A stretch of DNA of 32,000 bases from Polynucleobacter sp. MWH-Aus1W21 (GTDB lineage Bacteria > Pseudomonadota > Gammaproteobacteria > Burkholderiales > Burkholderiaceae): the NCBI RefSeq assembly GCF_018687275.1, contig NZ_CP061287.1:1431733-1463732 (forward strand), written 5' to 3'. The position numbers and the translations under genes are program-made. Shown one piece after another: positions 10,636-18,298 of this stretch. The notes beneath the pieces were generated by a model. The model was not told the origin of the DNA, ran no database searches, and worked only from the letters and a program-made list of their open reading frames with translations. Every line of letters starts with the position of its first letter. Position 1 is the stretch's first letter.

Positions 10636-10760
10636 AAGTTCTCCAAAAAAGAAATTAGTCAGTAGTACTGTAGTTTCAGATTTTGGGAATTCCTACCGGT
10701 TTTTTGAGGGTTGAAAAGTTCGAAATCCGGCCCACAGATTCGAACTTTGCACCAAAAAGC

Positions 10761-10784
10761 AATCGCACAGTCAATCGCACAGTC
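10761..10784 (+). repeat. Tandem 12-bp direct repeat AATCGCACAGTC x2 (candidate arm-type recombinase binding sites)
   Basis: Exact tandem duplication, present identically at 17978-18001. Confidence 0.8.
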
Positions 10785-10808
10785 ATTTTTTTGTCGCTCA
10801 AAGCCATA

Positions 10809-10817
10809 TGCTATATA
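10809..10817 (+). promoter_or_regulatory. Extended -10-like element TGcTATATA upstream of tRNA fragment A
   Basis: TGCTATATA here and TGATATATA at the same place in copy C (18026-18034). TTGTCG lies 15 nt upstream. Confidence 0.3.
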
Positions 10818-10839
10818 GGTTTTTGAAGAGGCACGACTT

Positions 10840-10884
10840 CTTTTAATCCGTTGGTCGCGAGTTCGAATCTCGCCCGACCCACCA
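10840..10884 (+). repeat. tRNA-Lys(UUU)-like 3' fragment, copy A (anticodon loop to CCA); att core, not a complete tRNA
   Basis: CTTTTAATCCGTTGGTCGCGAGTTCGAATCTCGCCCGACCCACCA contains the T-arm GCGAG/TTCGAAT/CTCGC, the acceptor 3' strand and CCA. No D-arm or GGGTCGG 5' acceptor strand lies upstream. Confidence 0.8.
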
Positions 10885-10894
10885 GTTATACAAA

Positions 10895-10927
10895 AGCCTC
10901 TAGAGAAATCTAGGGGCTTTTTCTTTT
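10895..10927 (+). terminator. Intrinsic terminator after tRNA fragment A
   Basis: AGCCTCTAGA-GAAA-TCTAGGGGCT (10-bp stem including one G-U pair) followed by TTTTTCTTTT. Confidence 0.75.
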
Positions 10928-11036
10928 GGGTTGTGGCAGATGTGGTTGCTGTGCGGACCCAATGGAAAATCTATGGAGTCGTTGTGGGTCAGGATGGGGG
11001 CGCTGGGTGACCGTGGGCAACTGAAACACAGAATGT

Positions 11037-11810
11037 TCAATGCAAAACAATCGCCTTTAGAAGCTTTAAAACTCGATAAACAATAGCCCCTATTGACTGC
11101 GCAAACAAGCCTACAAAGATACATACAAATGCTGTCAACCAAGGATCTGGTGAATACATCCCGAAAATTAAAAATGTAACTGCACTTATTGCCAATCCAA
11201 ACCCAATTGCAGCCTTTTGTGGCACTCCATGAATTCTTGGTCCCGGAGGAATATATTCCACCTTAATTCCTTTGTGTTCAATATCAACCCAAACGCCTGG
11301 GCCACTAGCCGATGGTGGTATGGCAGTCAAATAAGTCATAGCAATTTTTTGACCTCTATTAAATACGGGTAATTTATATTCTCTGCTCTTGTTATAAATA
11401 TCGTACTGCTGTTGTGTTGGAGTACCACCTGGTTGAACAAACATTAGCTGTTTGAATGCTGGAGACCATTCAACAATTCTAGGCGTGCCAATGATTTCAG
11501 TTCTTTCAGTCAAAAGAATGGTGTCGCCTGAATAAACCTTGAAAATAACTTCAGAAAAATCACGGCTAGTATCGTTTGTTAATTCAACCCTACTTGTATA
11601 CAAATTGGAGACTGGATTTCCTTGCCAGGTTGCCTGAATCGAGCCAAAAATAGGATCAATTGAAGAAGAGGCTATACGTTCATGGTGAACCACATACTCA
11701 AGTCGCCTCACTCTATTACGAAGGTACAGAACGAGCGCGCCAGCAAAGGCGGCAAATATATACCTTACGAATTGATTGTGAAAAATATCTTTTAAAAAGG
11801 AAAGATCCAT
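11037..11810 (-). CDS. Membrane protein of unknown function (N-terminal TM, central soluble domain, two C-terminal TM helices)
   Basis: 257 aa. GAGGA lies 9 nt upstream of the ATG. It is the last gene of a three-gene leftward cluster. Confidence 0.7.
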   Translation of the reverse strand: MDLSFLKDIFHNQFVRYIFAAFAGALVLYLRNRVRRLEYVVHHERIASSSIDPIFGSIQATWQGNPVSNLYTSRVELTNDTSRDFSEVIFKVYSGDTILLTERTEIIGTPRIVEWSPAFKQLMFVQPGGTPTQQQYDIYNKSREYKLPVFNRGQKIAMTYLTAIPPSASGPGVWVDIEHKGIKVEYIPPGPRIHGVPQKAAIGFGLAISAVTFLIFGMYSPDPWLTAFVCIFVGLFAQSIGAIVYRVLKLLKAIVLH

Positions 11811-11816
11811 CTTTTC

Positions 11817-11990
11817 TTATTCCTCTGTATTCTTATTCGAATTCTTATAAAGCAAGACTAACCCAGTAATTGGGGCAAAGAATAATCCCATAAAGAACCA
11901 AAGCCAAGCATTGCGGTTAGTTGTCTGAGCCCAATAAGCACAGAAGATCCCAAATAAGAAAAAGCCTATTCCAGAGTATTCATTCATCAT
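11817..11990 (-). CDS. Small two-helix membrane protein
   Basis: I prefer the ATG at 11990, which forms an ATGA overlap with the upstream stop. The sequence is MMNEYSGIGFFLFGIFCAYW...WLWFFMGLFFAPITGLVLL. Confidence 0.55.
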   Translation of the reverse strand: MMNEYSGIGFFLFGIFCAYWAQTTNRNAWLWFFMGLFFAPITGLVLLYKNSNKNTEE

Positions 11991-12361
11991 AGTAATTTGC
12001 ATGTCCCAAAAGCAATTCCACCACGGCCATTATTCTCAACAAACTTCATATCCGGGAACAGCTGAATATCGTACTGACTTCTAAATAAGTAGAACTTCTT
12101 GTATCCCACATGCTTATCCGCTTCCACCCTATCAATATCGTAGGAATCACAAGTGACTTTGTTGTCATTAGGCTTAATACTGCATCTATCGACTTTGGGC
12201 TTATCTGAATCATGAATTCTGGCGGAAAACTTGTACTTTTCCATTTGGGCTGGCTGGTACACATTCTCAAAATCTAGCTTTCTCGTAACTGTACAGTCAT
12301 AACTGGCTGCATTGGCTAGTCCAGCTGCTAGCAGCAATCCTAGGGAGATAAGGTATTTCAT
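11987..12361 (-). CDS. Secreted protein of unknown function
   Basis: 124 aa with a signal peptide MKYLISLGLLLAAGLANA|AS and four Cys in the mature part. Confidence 0.7.
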   Translation of the reverse strand: MKYLISLGLLLAAGLANAASYDCTVTRKLDFENVYQPAQMEKYKFSARIHDSDKPKVDRCSIKPNDNKVTCDSYDIDRVEADKHVGYKKFYLFRSQYDIQLFPDMKFVENNGRGGIAFGTCKLL

Positions 12362-12453
12362 GAAAAGCCTTTGGCAGTAGATCGATTGCTCAGTTTAGTT
12401 ATGGGATTGATAAGTGTCCAGGCTTAGTTAGAAGCAGCATATGACTAATAGCC

Positions 12454-12470
12454 TGTCGTGTTTCCCGACA
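12454..12470. repeat. TGTCG-loop-CGACA hairpin family member H1
   Basis: TGTCGTGTTTCCCGACA, immediately downstream of the 12473 ORF stop. Confidence 0.5.
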
Positions 12471-12472
12471 AC

Positions 12473-12664
12473 CTAGGCTTTCCCCGCCCTACTCTTGCGA
12501 TTTCTTTGCTCAAACTCAATAGCTTCTTCTAATACGGCTTTTTGACGTGCAGCCTCAAGAGCAGCTTCTTTTTGTTGTTTGATTAAGTGCTTGCCTGTAA
12601 TCACTTGCCGGTCATTAAGCAGTGACTCTAATGTGGGCTTACTCTTCCCAGGGGAATCTTTCAC
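12473..12664 (-). CDS. Small charged hypothetical protein (63 aa)
   Basis: ORF only. Lys/Glu-rich and helical-looking, with no recognisable family. Confidence 0.35.
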   Translation of the reverse strand: MKDSPGKSKPTLESLLNDRQVITGKHLIKQQKEAALEAARQKAVLEEAIEFEQRNRKSRAGKA

Positions 12665-12782
12665 GACTTAATTTCTCTATGATTTCACACAACGTCTTTC
12701 TGACCCGGCAAGCCCATATCACTCTAGCTAATGCTGTAAACCTTTGAAATATCAGAGGTTTATGGCTTAATTATTGGGCAGA

Positions 12783-12796
12783 ATTTCCTAGGAAAT
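12783..12796. promoter_or_regulatory. Perfect 14-bp palindrome ATTTCCTAGGAAAT; candidate operator of the Fic TA module
   Basis: Lies 28 nt upstream of the antitoxin ATG. TAAAAT at 12812-12817 would place the transcription start at or near the ATG. No SD is visible. Confidence 0.4.
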
Positions 12797-12823
12797 CAGC
12801 CCCAAATCCACTAAAATAGAACT

Positions 12824-13021
12824 ATGCCAACTAAGTTTGCTTCACAATCTCAAGTCCGCCAATACAACGTTTCTAACGCTGTGGCTTCTGCTCGGATTGA
12901 AGGTATTGTTCCAACTAAGCAGTTAGAGCAAAACCTCACTGATTACGTTGCTGGTAAAAAGAGTATTACGCAAATACTGGAAGAAACTAAACAACGTTAT
13001 GTCACGCTACGACGCGGATGA
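12824..13021 (+). CDS. VbhA-like Fic antitoxin
   Basis: 65 aa carrying the inhibitory (S/T)xxxE(G/N) motif as SARIEG. It overlaps the downstream Fic gene. Confidence 0.75.
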   Translation: MPTKFASQSQVRQYNVSNAVASARIEGIVPTKQLEQNLTDYVAGKKSITQILEETKQRYVTLRRG

Positions 13022-13592
13022 CACTTACTGCTATTCAGGTACAGACGTACTTCGCAACAAAGCAGAAATAACTAACGCACAAGATTTAGACGCCTATGAA
13101 GGTGAGCTATCTACTTTGCGCTCAATTGAAATTCTAGAGAGGCCCATAGCAGGTCAATTTGACCTTGCTCATCTTCAGCGTATTCATTTGGCACTCTTTC
13201 AGGACGTATATGACTGGGCCGGCAAGATTCGCACAGTAGATATTAGTCGTGGCAATAGTCGTTTTGCCAATGTGCGGTTCATTGAGTCAGCAGCAAGCGA
13301 TATCTTTAACAGACTGGCTCGCGAAAACTGGCTCAAAGGCTTTGATGCCGACTCCCTATCAAAAAGATTAGCTCACTATTTATCAGAGATAAACGCCCTT
13401 CACCCTTTTCGGGAAGGAAATGGTCGCGTACAACGGATATTCATCTCCCAGCTTAGTCAATCAGCTGGATTTCAGCTTAACTACTCCGATCTGGAGCAGG
13501 AGCAAATTTATCAAGCAATGGAATTGGCCTTTAATGGCGATGAAGCTATTCTTGCCAATTTGATATCCGAGCGCCTGGATCGAAATGAATAG
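12999..13592 (+). CDS. Fic-domain protein (AMPylase-type toxin, class I arrangement)
   Basis: Canonical Fic motif HPFREGNGRVQR. I prefer the start at MSRYDADD (12999), which overlaps the antitoxin by 23 nt. Confidence 0.9.
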   Translation: MSRYDADDTYCYSGTDVLRNKAEITNAQDLDAYEGELSTLRSIEILERPIAGQFDLAHLQRIHLALFQDVYDWAGKIRTVDISRGNSRFANVRFIESAASDIFNRLARENWLKGFDADSLSKRLAHYLSEINALHPFREGNGRVQRIFISQLSQSAGFQLNYSDLEQEQIYQAMELAFNGDEAILANLISERLDRNE

Positions 13593-13632
13593 GTTTGAGC
13601 AATTTACTGACCTGTCTAAGCCAATTAGACCT

Positions 13633-13677
13633 CTTTAAGATCGTTGGTCGCGAGTTCGAATCTCGCCCGACCCACCA
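13633..13677 (+). repeat. tRNA-Lys-like 3' fragment, copy B (5' part degenerate)
   Basis: Identical to copies A and C over CGTTGGTCGCGAGTTCGAATCTCGCCCGACCCACCAGTTATA (42 nt). Upstream it reads CTCTTTAAGAT rather than TCTTTTAATC. Confidence 0.75.
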
Positions 13678-13687
13678 GTTATATCGA

Positions 13688-13718
13688 GGGATCACAGCAA
13701 TGTGGTCCCTTTTCTTTT
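13688..13718 (+). terminator. Intrinsic terminator after tRNA fragment B
   Basis: GGGATCACA-GCAA-TGTGGTCCC followed by TTTTCTTTT. The same hairpin occurs at 18112-18142. Confidence 0.75.
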
Positions 13719-13805
13719 GGTTGAATGGAATGTGTTGGTGACTGCTTAGGTTCAATAGGTGATCCATTGGACCGTGAGCGACTATGAGCGTCTCAAGGGG
13801 CTTGC

Positions 13806-13828
13806 AAGTGTCGTGTTTCGAGACACTT
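13806..13828. repeat. Palindrome AAGTGTC-GTGTTTCGA-GACACTT (same element as 29312-29336)
   Basis: 7-bp stem. Its core TGTCGTGTTTC..GACA is related to the hairpin family. Confidence 0.6.
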
Positions 13829-13838
13829 AAACACGTGG

Positions 13839-13859
13839 TTTGTCGGGTAAACCGACAAA
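13839..13859. repeat. Hairpin family member H2
   Basis: TTTGTCGG-GTAAA-CCGACAAA, 8-bp stem. Confidence 0.6.
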
Positions 13860-13867
13860 TCATGGAT

Positions 13868-14269
13868 TTATGTCATATGCTCACAGCAGGTCTCTAGCCA
13901 CCCCTTCTGCCTTGCTAATTCATAAGCATAATGAAAGCGCTTCTTAAACTCAGCTCTCTTAAGACATTGTCTACCGGCGTCAATGCACTTTTCTAAAGTC
14001 CATGTTGCGGGCACGGCGGGTTTTCTTTTGAAACCCTTGATATGAGTTGTGCATTTAGTGAGCCAGCCCCTTTTGATGGCTTTTGCATAACTGACGGGAC
14101 TCTTTTTTTCCCAGTCTACTCTAGTTGTGAAATGAGCAGCCTCTTCTATACAACGCTCAAGCGTCCAATAACTCTCTTCTGTAACTGATTGATTCAAACA
14201 CCAGTTTCTCACTGGTGTTGTCGTCCTAAATTGCTTGAAAAGAGGTACTTGGGAAATTTGAGCTTGCAT
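13868..14269 (-). CDS. Hypothetical protein made of two ~40-aa internal repeats
   Basis: WTLERCIEEAAHFTTRVDWEKKSPVSYAKAIKRGWLTKCTTHI and WTLEKCIDAGRQCLKRAEFKKRFHYAYELARQKGWLETCCEHM. Confidence 0.6.
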   Translation of the reverse strand: MQAQISQVPLFKQFRTTTPVRNWCLNQSVTEESYWTLERCIEEAAHFTTRVDWEKKSPVSYAKAIKRGWLTKCTTHIKGFKRKPAVPATWTLEKCIDAGRQCLKRAEFKKRFHYAYELARQKGWLETCCEHMT

Positions 14270-14346
14270 CGATGTCTCCTACCAATTTAATCATTTCAAC
14301 TAATGACGCAGGACATTTAAGGAACTGCGTCATCATTTTGATGCTA

Positions 14347-14955
14347 TTACTTGATAAAACGAATCTTCTCGTTAATCTTGCTGAGAATTGGACCCTTCTT
14401 AGCATTGAAGACCTTCTTGTTTTCTTCAATGAGATTCTTGCCCTTGGTATCAATCGAGATAATTAGTGGGCCAAATTCTTTAACTCGGTTTACCCAAAGC
14501 GTTTCAGGCATACCCAAGTCTTTCCACTGGGCATCTTCGATTTTCTCAACCTTAGTAGCCGCTAAGACTGCACAGCCGCCTGGGAAAATCGCATGAACTG
14601 CCTTATTTTCAACACAGCCTTCCTGCGTTTCAATACCCATACCGCCCTTGCCAACAATTAACTTAACGCCGGTTTGTTTGATGAATTCTTTTTCAAACTT
14701 CTCCATACGCATTGAAGTAGTTGGTCCAATAGAAACCATTTCGTATTCACCATCTTCCTTTTGACGAACAATGGGGCCAGCATGAAAAATAGCGCCGCCC
14801 TTTAAGTCGACCGGTAACTCACGACCTAACTCAATTAAGCGGCGATGTGCAACATCACGACACGTCACCAAGGTTCCAGTAAGGTAAACAACATCACCGA
14901 TGTTTAATGCTTCTAAATCTTCGTCTTTAATGGGTGTTTGTAGAATTTTCTTCAC
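14347..14955 (-). CDS. Fe-S hydro-lyase, tartrate/fumarate family, beta subunit
   Basis: 202 aa with [10 protein letters not shown] (class I fumarase / TtdB C-terminal-domain signature). Has a 4-nt overlap with the alpha subunit gene. Confidence 0.85.
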   Translation of the reverse strand: MKKILQTPIKDEDLEALNIGDVVYLTGTLVTCRDVAHRRLIELGRELPVDLKGGAIFHAGPIVRQKEDGEYEMVSIGPTTSMRMEKFEKEFIKQTGVKLIVGKGGMGIETQEGCVENKAVHAIFPGGCAVLAATKVEKIEDAQWKDLGMPETLWVNRVKEFGPLIISIDTKGKNLIEENKKVFNAKKGPILSKINEKIRFIK

Positions 14956-15872
14956 AGCTTGAATCCTTCGTGGGAAATGATTTCATAGGACATATCGGCA
15001 TTAATCTTGATCTTGCCACGGCGATGTGCCCAGCAACCGGTAGATACCGCTACACCGATGGTCGATGGATGACGAGCCGATGACTCAATGTTCACACCCA
15101 TCACACTATTAGCTCCAGTCAAACCTTGTGGGCCAAGACCCAGCTCATTAAGACCTTCTGTTAACAACTCTTCCATCAATGCGGCATTCTCATTAGGATG
15201 GCTTGAAGTGACTGGACGCAAAATGGCTTTCTTAGATAAGCGAGCAGCGGTCTCAGCCGAAGTGGATACACCCACCCCAACCAATAATGGTGGGCATGCG
15301 TTTACACCACGAGAAGTAATGACATCAAATACAAACTCTGCAACGCCTTCATATCCTTGTCCTGGCATCAGTACTTTTGCGGCGCCTGGCAATGTACAAC
15401 CACCGCCAGCCATGTAAACGTCAACGATGCAATGATCAGCACCGGGAATGATTTCCCAATCGAGCCAAGGAATTTTGGATCCAGTATTGGTGCCGGTATT
15501 TTTCTCTTCAAAGGTTTCTACTGCGTTGTGACGCAATGGACCTTCTTTGGTAGCCCCCTTAGTAGCATTGAGCAAAATATCCTCTAGCTCACCCAATAAT
15601 GGGAAATTTGAGCCTGCAGATAAGAAGTATTGAATTACTCCAGTATCTTGGCAACTTGGACGATCGAGCTTATCTGCGAGCTCTTGGTTCTCTCGCATAG
15701 ACTCAAAAACTTCTTTAGCCAAGAAGTTCACTTCCTTGCTACGTAACTCACCTAGTTTAGTAGTTACATCAGTTGGTAATCGCTTGCCAATATAAGAGGT
15801 GAACCTGGATAAAACATGAGTGAGATCTGCAACAGCAGCTTCTTTATCTACGACGGATGATTGCTTATTCAC
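14952..15872 (-). CDS. Fe-S hydro-lyase, tartrate/fumarate family, alpha subunit
   Basis: 306 aa. Cys residues spaced as in TtdA/FumA N-terminal domains (CQDTG..., GGGC...). Paired with the beta subunit. Confidence 0.85.
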   Translation of the reverse strand: MNKQSSVVDKEAAVADLTHVLSRFTSYIGKRLPTDVTTKLGELRSKEVNFLAKEVFESMRENQELADKLDRPSCQDTGVIQYFLSAGSNFPLLGELEDILLNATKGATKEGPLRHNAVETFEEKNTGTNTGSKIPWLDWEIIPGADHCIVDVYMAGGGCTLPGAAKVLMPGQGYEGVAEFVFDVITSRGVNACPPLLVGVGVSTSAETAARLSKKAILRPVTSSHPNENAALMEELLTEGLNELGLGPQGLTGANSVMGVNIESSARHPSTIGVAVSTGCWAHRRGKIKINADMSYEIISHEGFKL

Positions 15873-15899
15873 GAGTAACTCCTTTGATGTGAATGCTGG

Positions 15900-16868
15900 T
15901 TATTCGATTGCTAGTTTGGCCGCCTTGGCAAGACTAGAAAACTTAGCTGTTTCTTCGGAAATTTGCTTTGCCATCTGCGCTTGTGTATTGCCCACTGGTT
16001 CTGCGCCGATATCAAACATCTGCTTCTTAAATTCGGGTGAGTTAATGATTTTGACGATTTCAGTATTCAGTCTGGCAGTAATGTCTTTAGGCGTTGCCGC
16101 AGGTGCAAGCAATCCAAACCAAGTGCCAATATCCATATTGACTCCTGACTCTTTCATGGTTGGCACACCTGGTAATGTAGAGGAACGCTTAGCTGTTGTT
16201 ACTGCTAAAGGACGCAATTTCTTCTCTTTAATAAATGGCAAAACTGGAGTAATGGTGTCAAAAGACATGGTTACCTGACCGCCTAATAAATCAGTTGCCA
16301 ATGGGGCGGACCCCTTGTATGGAACATGAAGGATTTCAGTGTCAGTCAACATCTGGAACTGCGTGCCAATCATGTGCTGAGCAGTGCCATTACCGTTGGA
16401 ACCATAGGAGAGTGAATCAGGTTTTGCTTTAGCCGCTGCCACTACATCCTTAACTGTCTTGTATGGCGACGCTTCGGAGACAACCATAATGTTTGGCACT
16501 AAAGCGACTGTAGTAATTGGGGCGAAATCTTTTTCAAAGCTATAAGGTAGTGTTTTGTATACAGATGGCGCAATCGTGTGATGTACAGCGCCCATGAATA
16601 AGGTGTAGCCATCAGGAGCTGACTTTGCTGCTAAACCAGCGCCAAGCGTTGCGCCTGCACCAGGTTTGTTATCAACGATCACTGACTGACCCAATACTGG
16701 GCCTAACTTTTGGGCCACTGCGCGAGCTAGAACATCGGTTGTTCCTCCTGGAGGAAATGGCACGATGATGGTGATTGTTTTGGTTGGATATGACTGGGCA
16801 CATACAGACCCCACAACTCCGCACAACAATAAACTTACTAGGCTATTTTTTATTACCTTTTTAAACAT
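15900..16868 (-). CDS. Bug/TctC family tripartite tricarboxylate transporter substrate-binding protein
   Basis: I prefer the start at MFKKVIKN (GGGAGGGG SD). Has a signal peptide followed by YPTKTITIIVPFPPGGTTDVLARAVA, the typical Bug signature. Confidence 0.9.
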   Translation of the reverse strand: MFKKVIKNSLVSLLLCGVVGSVCAQSYPTKTITIIVPFPPGGTTDVLARAVAQKLGPVLGQSVIVDNKPGAGATLGAGLAAKSAPDGYTLFMGAVHHTIAPSVYKTLPYSFEKDFAPITTVALVPNIMVVSEASPYKTVKDVVAAAKAKPDSLSYGSNGNGTAQHMIGTQFQMLTDTEILHVPYKGSAPLATDLLGGQVTMSFDTITPVLPFIKEKKLRPLAVTTAKRSSTLPGVPTMKESGVNMDIGTWFGLLAPAATPKDITARLNTEIVKIINSPEFKKQMFDIGAEPVGNTQAQMAKQISEETAKFSSLAKAAKLAIE

Positions 16869-16908
16869 CTCGTCCCCTCCCTTGGTGAACTCCATTTACC
16901 TATTGGCT

Positions 16909-16927
16909 ATAGGAATGTAAGAACTAT
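16909..16927. promoter_or_regulatory. LysR-type T-N11-A box ATAG-N11-CTAT
   Basis: ATAGGAATGTAAGAACTAT lies in the divergent region between the Bug gene and the LysR gene. Confidence 0.4.
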
Positions 16928-16991
16928 AGGATTGAGTAGCACTTAAAAATCATGTATAAAGTTAAATTATTGTTAACTTTTAATTAATAAT

Positions 16992-17909
16992 ATGATCAAA
17001 GGCGTTAATCCTGCTGATTTAGGATTCTTTTCTGCTCTTGCCTCCTCTGGCAGCCTTGGGTCTGCTGGTCGCGAGCTTGGCATTACGACTGCGGCAGTCA
17101 GCAAACGACTCGCCCAGATTGAGGGGCGATTAGGTCTAAGCTTGGTTAATAGGACCACCCGCAGAATGAGCCTCACCCCTGAAGGCGAAGTGTATCTAGA
17201 GCATGCCCGAAAGATTCTTAGTGAAATCGAAGATATGGAACATGTTCTTTGGGGCTCAACACAAACTCCGAAAGGATTATTGAGAGTTAATGCGACGCTA
17301 GGCTTTGGAAGATCGCAGATCGCCCCACTCATATCCGAATTCGTCAAAAAATATCCGCAAGTCGATATACAACTCCAGCTCTCAGTGAGTCCACCCCCTA
17401 TAGCAGATGACTTATACGATGTGTGCTTTCGGTTTGGGCATCCACCCGACTCAAGGGCTATCGCTAGACTTATTGCCCCTAATAAAAGAATACTAGTAGC
17501 CTCACCTAATTATTTAAAAATACACGGTGAACCCAGCACGCCTAATGATTTGATAAAACACAATTGCATCGGCATTAGACAAGGTGATGAGGCTTATGGC
17601 TTATGGCGTTTTGCTAAGAGCAAGACCAGAAATCAAAATGAGCCTACTGAAGATATCAAAATTCGAGGAAATCTAACCACCAATGATGGCGAGATTGCAG
17701 TGAACTGGGCTTTGGATGGGCAAGGCATTTTGCTGCGTGCCGAATGGGATGTAGCTAGATACATCAAGAGTGGACGCTTGGTGCACATACTTGAAAACTA
17801 TCACACTCCAGATGCCGATATTTATGCTGTTTATTCTCAACGGCACAAGGCATCAGCCAGAGTTAGCGCCTTGATTGAGTTTGTGACAATTTCACTAAGT
17901 AAGCAATAA
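16992..17909 (+). CDS. LysR-family transcriptional regulator
   Basis: 305 aa with an N-terminal HTH (LGSAGRELGITTAAVSKRLAQIEGRLGLSLVNRTTRRMSLTPEG) and a LysR substrate-binding domain. Confidence 0.9.
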   Translation: MIKGVNPADLGFFSALASSGSLGSAGRELGITTAAVSKRLAQIEGRLGLSLVNRTTRRMSLTPEGEVYLEHARKILSEIEDMEHVLWGSTQTPKGLLRVNATLGFGRSQIAPLISEFVKKYPQVDIQLQLSVSPPPIADDLYDVCFRFGHPPDSRAIARLIAPNKRILVASPNYLKIHGEPSTPNDLIKHNCIGIRQGDEAYGLWRFAKSKTRNQNEPTEDIKIRGNLTTNDGEIAVNWALDGQGILLRAEWDVARYIKSGRLVHILENYHTPDADIYAVYSQRHKASARVSALIEFVTISLSKQ

Positions 17910-17930
17910 CCGCTATTTAAAGTAATGTCC

Positions 17931-18056
17931 AAAAGTTTGAAATCCGATCTACAGATTCGAACTTTGCGCCAAAAAGCAATCGCACAGTCAATCGCACAGT
18001 CATTTTTTGGTCGCTCAAACCCTTATGATATATAGGTTTTTTAACACCCACGACTT
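17931..18056 (+). repeat. att-flank module, copy C
   Basis: Homologous to 10714-10839, including the 12-bp tandem repeat and the extended -10-like element. Confidence 0.75.
17978..18001 (+). repeat. Tandem AATCGCACAGTC x2, second occurrence
   Basis: Exact match to 10761-10784. Confidence 0.8.
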
Positions 18057-18101
18057 CTTTTAATCCGTTGGTCGCGAGTTCGAATCTCGCCCGACCCACC
18101 A
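18057..18101 (+). repeat. tRNA-Lys-like 3' fragment, copy C
   Basis: Identical to copy A across all 45 nt. No 5' half lies upstream. Confidence 0.8.
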
Positions 18102-18111
18102 GTTATACAAA

Positions 18112-18142
18112 GGGATCACAGCAATGTGGTCCCTTTTCTTTT
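18112..18142 (+). terminator. Intrinsic terminator after tRNA fragment C
   Basis: GGGATCACA-GCAA-TGTGGTCCC followed by TTTTCTTTT. Confidence 0.75.
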
Positions 18143-18254
18143 GGCTAGATGGAATGCGGTGGTCACTGTGGGGATTCAATAGAAGATCTATTGGACGTTT
18201 CGAGTGGGGATGGTGGACGCTAAAGTGAGACTGAGCGTCTCGAAACGGGATGGT

Positions 18255-18271
18255 TGTCGGGTTAACCGACA
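18255..18271. repeat. Hairpin family member H3
   Basis: TGTCGG-GTTAA-CCGACA. Confidence 0.55.
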
Positions 18272-18298
18272 TTTCATATGTGGATAGTTGGGTGACCG

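Larger units (their letters stand above)
10714..10839 (+). repeat. att-flank module, copy A (homologous to 17931-18056; partial copy at 20059-20091)
   Basis: AAAAGTTCGAAATCCGGCCCACAGATTCGAACTTTGCACCAAAAAGCAATCGCACAGTCAATCGCACAGTCATTTTTTTGTCGCTCAAAGCC... aligns by eye with copy C, with scattered substitutions. Confidence 0.75.

Noticed and set aside
10761-10784. Tandem AATCGCACAGTC repeats as a mini CRISPR or other array
   Set aside because: Only two abutting 12-bp units with no spacers. More consistent with arm-type protein-binding sites.
10818-10884. Possible complete tRNA-Lys gene at each of the three T-arm/CCA sites (also 13602-13677, 18026-18101)
   Set aside because: No GGGTCGG 5' acceptor strand, no D-arm (AGCTCAG-type) and no paired anticodon stem upstream in any copy. 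Only the 3' 42-45 nt are tRNA-like.
13546-13863. Track ORFs on the minus strand across the tRNA fragments and their flanks (13546-13863, 18060-18326, 17917-18099, 10900-11142)
   Set aside because: Their shared peptide (..KKRDHIAVIP.YNWWVGRDSNSRPT..) is just the antisense translation of the repeated tRNA fragment and terminator. They have no SD, and conservation is better explained at the DNA level.
15088-16278. Plus-strand ORFs (15088-15417, 15357-15587, 15820-16278) and the minus-strand ORF 16973-17347
   Set aside because: Antisense to the hydro-lyase alpha subunit, Bug and LysR genes. Shadow ORFs.
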